A program made the translations under genes and the position numbers. The notes under the pieces are model-generated. The model was not told the origin of the DNA and did not search any database. It worked only from the letters and a program-made list of their open reading frames with translations. From Minisyncoccota bacterium (GTDB lineage: Bacteria; Patescibacteriota; Minisyncoccia; Minisyncoccales; PWPS01), in contig JAIPIL010000001.1 in assembly GCA_021734685.1 (NCBI GenBank), positions 1 to 49,621 of the forward strand: a stretch of DNA of 49,621 bases, in the 5' to 3' direction. Shown in pieces: positions 36,861-44,929 of this stretch; the stretch's first letter is position 1; each line of letters begins with the position of its first letter.

Positions 36861-37487
36861 TTATCTTGTTAATTCTTCTGGGAATTCTGGGTAGTATCCT
36901 TTTTCGGCGCTTTTTGAGTGGAAGACTGACCAGAACAGTTCAATTATTTCAACAGTTGTTAGTGGGGCAGAGTGAAGGCCGCATCTTCTTAGCCCTAAGG
37001 CAACAAATTCCATTCTTTGGTAAAGCTGTCTTTTCCCACGGAGAAAACTGTCTTCAGTTATATCTTCTTCATCTCCTTTCTTCTTTCTTGAAAACTCAAC
37101 TCCTGATGAGTTGTAAGGAACAACAACAAAAAATCGTTTAGAATAGATGGATTCTTTTTCTATAAAATCTTCTAAAAATTGCCGATATCCAGCGGTTTGT
37201 TGTTGAAGAAGTTGATTGGTTTGTTTTTTTTCAATTTCTTTTATCTTTTCAATATATCCTGTAATGTTTGTTTTTCTTGACTGAACGACGATCTGACATG
37301 TGAAGTCAAGGGAATTTAGAAACGATTGGAAACGATCTATTATTGCTTTTTGTTCATCAGGGGATTTAAGAGCGATATTAACAGAAGAAACCATAAGAAT
37401 TCCTCTTATTCCTCCAGCACTTAAAATAACAGTACCTTCACGGATCTGCTTAATAGGGATAAAGTCTTGAGTGCTTTTAGTGGACAT
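36861..37487 (-). CDS. Cytoplasmic protein, possibly the detached N-terminal domain of VirB4
   Basis: 208 aa with no TM, beginning MSTKSTQDFIPIKQIREGTVILSAGGIRGIL, which resembles the N-terminal segment of Gram-positive-type VirB4 proteins. It sits between PrgI/VirB3-like and VirB4-ATPase genes. Confidence 0.35.
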   Translation of the reverse strand: MSTKSTQDFIPIKQIREGTVILSAGGIRGILMVSSVNIALKSPDEQKAIIDRFQSFLNSLDFTCQIVVQSRKTNITGYIEKIKEIEKKQTNQLLQQQTAGYRQFLEDFIEKESIYSKRFFVVVPYNSSGVEFSRKKKGDEEDITEDSFLRGKRQLYQRMEFVALGLRRCGLHSAPLTTVEIIELFWSVFHSKSAEKGYYPEFPEELTR

Positions 37488-37646
37488 ATAATATAATTTT
37501 CAATTTTCAATTTGGCAATTTTCAATGAATGACCAAATTTCCAAATAATTTAATTTTCAAAGATAATTTCCTTTATTAATGTTTATAAAATTAGGAAATT
37601 AAGAAATTGAAAATTCATTGAAAATTGAAAATTGCCAAATTGAAAA
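37488..37646. mobile_element. MITE-like element (third copy), filling the intergenic space between the PrgI-like gene and the 208-aa gene
   Basis: Left arm 37495..37538, right arm 37607..37646, in inverted orientation. Confidence 0.5.
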
Positions 37647-37649
37647 TTT

Positions 37650-38057
37650 TTATGCTGTTTCTATGAACTTGTTTACATCGCTTAATCTTCCTTTTGTTGC
37701 TTTTTTCTTTTTTTGCTTTACTACTGGTTCTTCTTTTTTTCTTTTGCTTGGTTGGTTAACTTTTATAATATAGTCTTTCTTTTTCCAAAGGTATCTTTTA
37801 TAGGAAGTACTGAAAAAAATAACTTTCTTTATATAACTTGGTAGTGGTTCTCCGTTTTTTTGAAAAAAAGCAAAAGCAATACCGACTGCTCCAACTAAAA
37901 AAGCAAGAGTGTAAAAAATTGGGGATGTTCCTCCAAAAACAACAAATAAAAGCAAAATAACAAAAGCGGCAACAGCAAGATATCCGAGTTGAGAAAAAGA
38001 AGCTGGCCCTAATATCTTTGCTTCTCTTTCAATATAATGAGGAACTTTGTAGCGCAT
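37650..38057 (-). CDS. PrgI/VirB3-like small membrane protein
   Basis: MRYKVPHYIEREAKILGPASFSQLGYLAVAAFVI followed by a second TM. This matches the PrgI-family pattern (basic N-terminus, ..E.KI.GP.T.RQ..YL, two TMs). Start is the ATG at 38057, because the track start is a TTG. Confidence 0.55.
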   Translation of the reverse strand: MRYKVPHYIEREAKILGPASFSQLGYLAVAAFVILLLFVVFGGTSPIFYTLAFLVGAVGIAFAFFQKNGEPLPSYIKKVIFFSTSYKRYLWKKKDYIIKVNQPSKRKKEEPVVKQKKKKATKGRLSDVNKFIETA

Positions 38058-38061
38058 AAAG

Positions 38062-38192
38062 ATATAGAAACATTTGACATTTAACAATTGACATTTGACT
38101 GTTGATATATATTCTGGATTCCCGCGTTCGCGGGAATGACAGTGGTTTCAATGGTCAATAGTCAAATGTCAACTGTCAATTACTATTCTATC
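38062..38192. repeat. Composite intergenic repeat: GTCAA-type heptamer arrays in inverted orientation flanking the hairpin element 38114..38141
   Basis: Left catttgacatttaacaattgacatttgactgttga, right ggtcaatagtcaaatgtcaactgtcaatt. The hairpin is CTGGATTCCCGCGTTCGCGGGAATGACA. Confidence 0.7.
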
Positions 38193-38240
38193 ACAAAACA
38201 ATCCTTTGACAATATTTTTTTTTAAAGTTAAAATGAACTA

Positions 38241-40787
38241 ATGATTAAGGGCAAAAAACTAATATTACTTTTTGTTTTTTTTATCTGTTTTTTTGCAGTT
38301 GCTTTTACATATGGAACAGAAGTTGATTATCCAGAAATAATGGGAACAACAGTAGGGGAAGATTCTTCAGTTGGTGATTTTGTTCAGTATCTTTTTAAGC
38401 TTACTATATTATTATCGGTTGTTGCTGTTGCAGGAATAATTCTCTATGGTGGTTTTGTATATCTAACCTCTCCAATAAATCCAGAGAAAAGAAAAGATGC
38501 GCAAAGAAGAGTTTATAATGGATTTGCTGGTCTTTTTATAATTCTTTCCTTTGTTGTGGTCGTGAATGCAATTAATCCTGATCTGCTAGAAATAGACCTT
38601 CCTTCACTAGGAATTGAAACAGGAGAAGATCCAGAAGATGTTTATTTTGGTGAAGAGTTAAGTGGAGATCTAGTTGTGGAAGAAGTTCCGGTTGGAACAT
38701 ATATGGAAGAAGAACTTAGTCCGATTTCAACAAGAATAGATACAATAGAAACAATGGATGAGTTAAAAGAAATGATTGAAGAAGAGAGAACTTTTAATCC
38801 TACAGTAAAAGGAATATCTGGGCTTAATCATTATCTTTTAAGTATCTCTGACGAGTGTTCTTGTGACAATGCTACTTGTTACTGTGCTCCTTCTTGCCCA
38901 ACTGGGATGCCTGAATTAGGGTGCCAGTCGCTTTTTTGTTCAGGTGATGTTTGTGATAGTGGAGATGGAGAACCTCGGGAAACAATGGAAGAGATTGAAG
39001 AGATAAATAAAGAAATAACAGAAGATCTTCAAAACATAAAAAATCAATTAGCATCGTATAGAGATGATTTCAAGAAAAGATTAAATGTTTTTCAAGAACT
39101 TGAAAAAAGAAAAAATGATTGCGCAGTTCAAGGACCGATAACTGAAAACGAGAAGACAAAAATAGAATCTTATCTTGAAAAAAGAGAGATGGATATTACG
39201 GTTAAAACTCACAAAGAGATGGGGATTACAGGAAGTGTTCCAAATCCATTAGATGCACACTGTGTTGTTGGTGGGCGACTTGTTGATTCTGGTGATTTTC
39301 CAAGAGAAGACCCAGCTTTTTTTGATAGATTATGGGAATTGGATTATATGGAAAGAATTGTTTGTCCTTACGAGTACCAGATTGGTGAAATATTTGACAA
39401 AACAAGAGAGTTGGCAATTATTAAGGTTATAAAGTTAGAGATATTAGTTGAAAGAGTAGAAGAGTTGTTAGTAGAAATACAGAAAGTAAGTGAATATGTT
39501 TCTGACATAGGAGTTCACAACTGTGAGCCAGATTGTAGTTGTATTTATAATCCTTGTTATAAACTTTGCTACCTGCCTTGGTGTTCTGCATTTTGTTACT
39601 GTATGTGTCTTGACTGTGTGGGAGGATGTATTGAAGAAGCTTCTCCTTACGGAGGGTTAATAAAAAGTGGAGATAGAGGTAAGATATACGAATCAGTTGA
39701 AAAAATGGAAGAATTGGAAGAAGAAATTCTTTTGCTTATAAAAGAGATTAACAGCACTATTATAGAAATAGCCCTTCCTATAAATCAGAGAGTTGTAATT
39801 ATCACTGATGTAAATATTCAAGGAAGCTCTGATTCAGCAGTAGTAGGAGAAAGTTATCTTGTTACCGACATAGATACAGTAAGTGATCGCTTGAAAATAT
39901 ATGATGATATTGGACAGAAAGGAGAAGGGGAAAGAAAAGAAGAAGGGTGGATTTCATTTGGTTCTTTTGAATTTGAGAACGATGAGATAGAAAAGATAAA
40001 ACAAGCAGCTAGTGAATGTTACACTCCAGTAGAATTATCATCATCAGGTGAAGAAAATTGGATTACTTTGAATAGAGAGAAAGCAGTCGGTAATTATGGT
40101 CCATTAGATTATCACATACTGACAAATCCTCATCCAAGAAATCTTTTTTGTTGTTCATATTCTGAAAACACAAAAGAACAGTATAGTGTTCCTGATCGTT
40201 ACAGTCTTGATTACAATATAATTCCCGCAGAATCATTTGATCCTTTATTGGAGTGGAGTGATGATGATAACTGTATTGAAGGATATGATTGTGCTTCGGA
40301 AATATCTTTACCAAGTGAGGCTGACTATACACAATATGATGATGCTTCTTTTAAATTAAAACAACAAATTACTTGCATGAGAAATGAACTTGACACAATT
40401 CAGATGAAAGAAGAGATCGGGCTTGATGATGATGGGAACATAACTGATCCAATCGGAGATATTTCATATATAACCGACCATCGTCTTTACGAACCATACA
40501 ACTCTTGCTCTTTTATTTTTGGAGGTGATTGTAGTTTTGATCACACGATGGTTTACGGGCAGAAAAGAATATCGCCACACTACGGAGGAAGTAAGTGTTA
40601 TGAAACAAAACTTTCTTATGCTGTTTCTTTTAGTGATGTTGAAAATGCAGAATATATTATAAAAGCCTCAAAAGCTTGTAATGCATCAAGTTATGTGACA
40701 TACATTCCTGTTTCCGCAGAAGGAGAAACTTCTTCTAAGCATATTCAAGTTAGTATAGCGGGAGCTTATGGTTGTGGAGCAGATTAA
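38241..40787 (+). CDS. Large secreted cysteine-rich protein with N-terminal VirB2/TrbC pilin-like domain (putative pilus-associated adhesin)
   Basis: Signal peptide plus a TM-loop-TM domain (…ILYGGFVYLTSPINPEKRKDAQRRVYNGFAGLFIIL…INPDLLE) that aligns with the small paralogs at 6836..8029 and with 43676. It is followed by ~700 aa with dense Cys clusters (CSCDNATCYCAPSCPTGMPELGCQSLFCSGDVCDSG; CEPDCSCIYNPCYKLCYLPWCSAFCYCMCLDCVGGC). Confidence 0.5.
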   Translation: MIKGKKLILLFVFFICFFAVAFTYGTEVDYPEIMGTTVGEDSSVGDFVQYLFKLTILLSVVAVAGIILYGGFVYLTSPINPEKRKDAQRRVYNGFAGLFIILSFVVVVNAINPDLLEIDLPSLGIETGEDPEDVYFGEELSGDLVVEEVPVGTYMEEELSPISTRIDTIETMDELKEMIEEERTFNPTVKGISGLNHYLLSISDECSCDNATCYCAPSCPTGMPELGCQSLFCSGDVCDSGDGEPRETMEEIEEINKEITEDLQNIKNQLASYRDDFKKRLNVFQELEKRKNDCAVQGPITENEKTKIESYLEKREMDITVKTHKEMGITGSVPNPLDAHCVVGGRLVDSGDFPREDPAFFDRLWELDYMERIVCPYEYQIGEIFDKTRELAIIKVIKLEILVERVEELLVEIQKVSEYVSDIGVHNCEPDCSCIYNPCYKLCYLPWCSAFCYCMCLDCVGGCIEEASPYGGLIKSGDRGKIYESVEKMEELEEEILLLIKEINSTIIEIALPINQRVVIITDVNIQGSSDSAVVGESYLVTDIDTVSDRLKIYDDIGQKGEGERKEEGWISFGSFEFENDEIEKIKQAASECYTPVELSSSGEENWITLNREKAVGNYGPLDYHILTNPHPRNLFCCSYSENTKEQYSVPDRYSLDYNIIPAESFDPLLEWSDDDNCIEGYDCASEISLPSEADYTQYDDASFKLKQQITCMRNELDTIQMKEEIGLDDDGNITDPIGDISYITDHRLYEPYNSCSFIFGGDCSFDHTMVYGQKRISPHYGGSKCYETKLSYAVSFSDVENAEYIIKASKACNASSYVTYIPVSAEGETSSKHIQVSIAGAYGCGAD

Positions 40788-40796
40788 AAATAAAAA

Positions 40797-43670
40797 ATGA
40801 AAAAAGATTTTTATAAAAAAATATTTTATACACCGTTAGCTGTTTTTCTATTTTTAGCAGTAATATCTATTATAAATCAGCAAACAGTAGTTGTTGGTGA
40901 TTATTTTCGTCCAGCTCCAGAAAGATTAAATATTATTGTTGATGAGATAGAGCAAGTTCTTTATGATATTGCTGGGTCAGAAACAGGAGATGATCTTTTT
41001 TCTGAAGTTACATCACTAATGCAAGAAGCGGATTGTCAATATGCAGACTCTCTTTGTAGAGAAGAAGGATGGACTACGGTTGGAGGGTTGATGGAGATTA
41101 GAAGTTGTGGAGTAATAGATAATAATGGGGTTGTTGGTAATTTATGGAGTAGTGAAAGTAAGCAAGAAGATTTTTATGCAAAGCAAGAAGAACTTCAAGA
41201 AAAAAAAGAACAGTTACAGTTTCTTCAGAACATATTAAAAAAAGAGATGAATCACGGAATTGCAAAAGACATTCAACAGATGAGAATTCAAGGAATGGAT
41301 GACGAAGCAGATATGGTAGAAGAAGAGTTGGGACTTCTCCTCTTTCTATTAGACCCTAATGATTCTGAAACAAGAGAGATATTAGATGAGGAGATTATAG
41401 AAGAAGGAGAGTCAATTTTAAGCAGTTCAGGAGTCAGTTGGTCAACAGAGTCACTTGTTAGTATATTAGATGAAGTAGTATCAATCTCTCCTGAAGGAGC
41501 AAAAGCTTCTTGCGTTCATGTTTGTGATCAAGAATACACAGTTACATTTTGTTTTAATACCACAAAACAAGAGAGTGTTGATCTGGTTTTTAATATAGCG
41601 CTTGAAATAAGTGATTTAGTTATAGACCCGATAGAGATAAAAGAGATAGTTTTGGCTCTTCCAGAAGAAGTTGATATTCCTGAAGTAAAATTGCAGTTTA
41701 GTATTCCTATTCCTGATATTAGCACGATAGAAGGAGGTTTTTCTATTGAAACAGAACCATCTCCAGAAAAGGGATTTTATTCTGATGAGATATGGTTGTC
41801 TTGTCCTGAATATGAAAATCACTCATTAAGTTATGGAGAGGTGGATATTGGAGAGATAAATCCAACAGAGATGAAGTGGTTTTTTGAAACATACGGCTAT
41901 CTGTCTGATGGGTGTAATAAAATAACATCTACTTTGTATGATCCGATAGACCCACTTTGCTATGATCCAAAAACAGTAATTTCAAGAACATCATCAAAGT
42001 GTGCAAGTATTTGGGGTTGTAATCCAGAAGCTCTTACTTGTAACTGTGGAGGGGCTGACTGCACTCTCTGCGAAGACCTTTACTGTGCTTGTCCGGATAC
42101 AGAGTGTAGCAGTTGTACTATAAAAAACGCTCAAGCCGAGGCGTGTGCTTCTCTGTTTTTAGGAGCAGGATCACCTATTCCTAGTGCTTGTACTCCTTCT
42201 GTAGATAAGGATGGGATGACTACTTGGCCTGGTGATATGTTGCCAGTAATGAAAGATAAGTGCTTAGAGATACTAGAGGAAGAAAAAGAAAAAAGTGTTG
42301 ATGATCAAGATGACATGCCTTACGAGTGTGCACTTGTTGCTGCTTGGGAAGGAGACATAGATCTCTATTCTGATGGATATTCAGAAACAATTGGTGGAGG
42401 CTCTGTTAATCTTGATGAGGGAAAGATCGGAGTTCTTCCTGACAGTTTTATTGGTTGTGATCCTCCAGAGATTCCTTCTTTTCCTAAAATTCCTCTTTCT
42501 GATTTTAATATAGAGATACCTGACATAAAAACACCTGATATTAATTTTTGTCCGATTGTTAAAGTTCAATTACCAGATGTGATAATAGAGGATTTGGAAT
42601 TTCCAGACATAGAACTTTGTAATTTGCAAGAATGTCAAGAACTTTTAGATTTTTTCCCAAATTTTATTGATGGTTTACCAACATTAGGAAGATTTCAAAT
42701 AGAAGTTCCGCCGTTAGATATTAATCCAATAGAGATAGACGGAATTGGAGTTGATATAGAGATAGCTCCTTTAGAAAATCTTTCTTTGGATTTTCATATG
42801 CCACAGATGCCTAATCTAAACTCTATATCTCTTTCTGAGTTTATATACGAAATTCCAGGGATAGAGATGCCGAACCCAGAGTTAACTTTTTCTTTTGGAG
42901 GAATAAATATAGATCTGATGTCAGCACTTATCGGATTTATTTTAAACTTTATTATGGCTGATCTACCAGGAGGATGTGCTACTCTTGGCGTTAAAATAGG
43001 ATGTTTAAGTGTTGTTTTTGAAGATTACCATCTTTCTTGGGGCGATTTTCCCAAAATACCAGAGATACCTGCTTGTGTGACCGCTCAAGAATTTTGTCGT
43101 GATTCAAAAAAGAAGTTAGGACAGTTGATAGACACAACAAACGAGATTGCTGAAGGAATACAAAGCACAGTTGGTGGCGTTCTTCAAATTCCAAGTGACA
43201 AGATTGATGAGATTGAAGCGTTAATAAATGAGAAAGTTCAGGAGAAAGAAGAAGAGATAAATGATATGGTTGAAGATTACGATCTTGTTGGAGAAATTGG
43301 AGAAGAGTTAATTGAACTTATTGATATTGGTGATATAGAGATAGATATTTCTTTAACTGATATTGCTGGAATTCCAGAAACAGTAACAATTCCCTGGGAT
43401 GCATTGGGAGTTGAGCCAAAAATCACTCTTTCTAACCCGATAGAGATTGAAATGCCAACAATTCCTTTATCAGATATAGGGGTTGAAAAAGAACTTATAA
43501 TATATATTCCTTTCTTACAGGTAAAAGAATTATTTAGTGCCGACATTGGAGGGTCAAGTTGTGAAAGTGACACTTCTAGCCAATCACTTTTTCAAGATTT
43601 CTTTGATAATAATTTTGACACTAAACTTGAGTTACAAGTAGAAGATATAATTAACATAATAGAAGATTAG
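40797..43670 (+). CDS. Large acidic, cysteine-containing secreted/surface protein with internal (I/F)P(D/E)I-type short repeats
   Basis: N-terminal signal anchor. Cys-rich block (CNPEALTCNCGGADCTLCEDLYCACPDTECSSC), then repetitive IEIPDIKTPDINF / LEFPDIEL / PPLDINPIEIDGIGVDIEIAPLE segments. Very D/E-rich. Confidence 0.45.
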   Translation: MKKDFYKKIFYTPLAVFLFLAVISIINQQTVVVGDYFRPAPERLNIIVDEIEQVLYDIAGSETGDDLFSEVTSLMQEADCQYADSLCREEGWTTVGGLMEIRSCGVIDNNGVVGNLWSSESKQEDFYAKQEELQEKKEQLQFLQNILKKEMNHGIAKDIQQMRIQGMDDEADMVEEELGLLLFLLDPNDSETREILDEEIIEEGESILSSSGVSWSTESLVSILDEVVSISPEGAKASCVHVCDQEYTVTFCFNTTKQESVDLVFNIALEISDLVIDPIEIKEIVLALPEEVDIPEVKLQFSIPIPDISTIEGGFSIETEPSPEKGFYSDEIWLSCPEYENHSLSYGEVDIGEINPTEMKWFFETYGYLSDGCNKITSTLYDPIDPLCYDPKTVISRTSSKCASIWGCNPEALTCNCGGADCTLCEDLYCACPDTECSSCTIKNAQAEACASLFLGAGSPIPSACTPSVDKDGMTTWPGDMLPVMKDKCLEILEEEKEKSVDDQDDMPYECALVAAWEGDIDLYSDGYSETIGGGSVNLDEGKIGVLPDSFIGCDPPEIPSFPKIPLSDFNIEIPDIKTPDINFCPIVKVQLPDVIIEDLEFPDIELCNLQECQELLDFFPNFIDGLPTLGRFQIEVPPLDINPIEIDGIGVDIEIAPLENLSLDFHMPQMPNLNSISLSEFIYEIPGIEMPNPELTFSFGGINIDLMSALIGFILNFIMADLPGGCATLGVKIGCLSVVFEDYHLSWGDFPKIPEIPACVTAQEFCRDSKKKLGQLIDTTNEIAEGIQSTVGGVLQIPSDKIDEIEALINEKVQEKEEEINDMVEDYDLVGEIGEELIELIDIGDIEIDISLTDIAGIPETVTIPWDALGVEPKITLSNPIEIEMPTIPLSDIGVEKELIIYIPFLQVKELFSADIGGSSCESDTSSQSLFQDFFDNNFDTKLELQVEDIINIIED

Positions 43671-43675
43671 TTTAA

Positions 43676-44929
43676 ATGAAAAAAATACTGTTTTTAATTT
43701 TCTTTCTTGCCTTTCTTGTTTCTCCACTGCTTGCTTTTGGAGATGATCCTTATGATCCAAATTTAGAAATAGAGTATCAGTGGCTAGATGATGCTGCCAA
43801 TGAAACTGAACAGGTTGGTACTTATGTTGCTTATCTCTTTGATTTTGGAGTAATAATTGTTGGGCTAATTCTTTTCGGAGCGCTTATTTACGGCGGTTTT
43901 GTTTTTATGACATCGGCGGGGGATCCGGGAAGAAGATCGGAAGCAAAAAGAAAAATAATAGCAGCGTTTTTAGGAACGATTCTTCTTCTTGGTTTTTATG
44001 TTTTAATAAATGAGATAAACCCTGACCTTCTTCAAGTTTCAGTAGAAGAACCAGAAGAGATAGAATATCCACCACTACCAGCAGGGCCTTATATCTGCAA
44101 TTTTGATTTTCCAGAACTTGACAGTATTCTTACTGATTATGTAAGTGCTGACGCTGAAACAAGAAACAGTGCTATACAGTTATTCTATGAAAAATTAAAA
44201 GAACGAGATAGCGATGAATATTGTATGGAGATAAAAACTCCAAAAGACACCGATTTTGGATATTTAACAGGAAGTAATGGTAATTATTTTGTTATTCCAG
44301 AGCTAGATGGAGGAACTCCTACTTATAATTATGGAGTTATTATTTTTGCTGAAGAAGATGGACTAAGAAAATCAAAAGCAAAAGGAGATGGAGTTATATG
44401 TTATGTATCTACTGGAGAAGTTACTGGAGGAGAAATAGACACAGGATTTTATATGAAATCAGTGGCACCGATAAGACTGAAACCTGACGAGCAAGGATGG
44501 GTTTACCTTTATGAAGGATATAACTTTAATGATGAAGATGATCCTAAAAACAATGAATATACAGGAGGAGCTTTAAAAGAATTATCAGTTCCACTAGGAC
44601 CAGGATCAAAAGAATCATTAATGACAGAAGCAATACTGGGAGCTGATTTTGTTTGTGGTATGATGAGTAGTTTTTGGAGTTCTGATAAACATCACTGCGG
44701 AATAAGGTCGTTTGAAATTGGAGAACCTGCTCCGGTTTTCGCTGTTTTTAAGACAGATGATGGTTCTTATGAACGATGTAATATAGCCAATAATAATTTT
44801 GGAGACTTGTCATCTCTTCTTCCAGGGTCAATTATAAAAGGAAATGACGATCTTGAAGGACTTACGCAAGTTTTTAAATTTAATGAAATTCATCTAATAA
44901 AAGGATATTTGATGGATTCAGAAAGATGA
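43676..44929 (+). CDS. Secreted protein with N-terminal VirB2/TrbC pilin-like domain plus ~300-aa globular domain
   Basis: …LILFGALIYGGFVFMTSAGDPGRRSEAKRKIIAAFLGTILLLGFYVLINEINPDLLQ aligns with the 848-aa protein N-terminus and with the small pilin-like paralogs. Confidence 0.5.
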   Translation: MKKILFLIFFLAFLVSPLLAFGDDPYDPNLEIEYQWLDDAANETEQVGTYVAYLFDFGVIIVGLILFGALIYGGFVFMTSAGDPGRRSEAKRKIIAAFLGTILLLGFYVLINEINPDLLQVSVEEPEEIEYPPLPAGPYICNFDFPELDSILTDYVSADAETRNSAIQLFYEKLKERDSDEYCMEIKTPKDTDFGYLTGSNGNYFVIPELDGGTPTYNYGVIIFAEEDGLRKSKAKGDGVICYVSTGEVTGGEIDTGFYMKSVAPIRLKPDEQGWVYLYEGYNFNDEDDPKNNEYTGGALKELSVPLGPGSKESLMTEAILGADFVCGMMSSFWSSDKHHCGIRSFEIGEPAPVFAVFKTDDGSYERCNIANNNFGDLSSLLPGSIIKGNDDLEGLTQVFKFNEIHLIKGYLMDSER

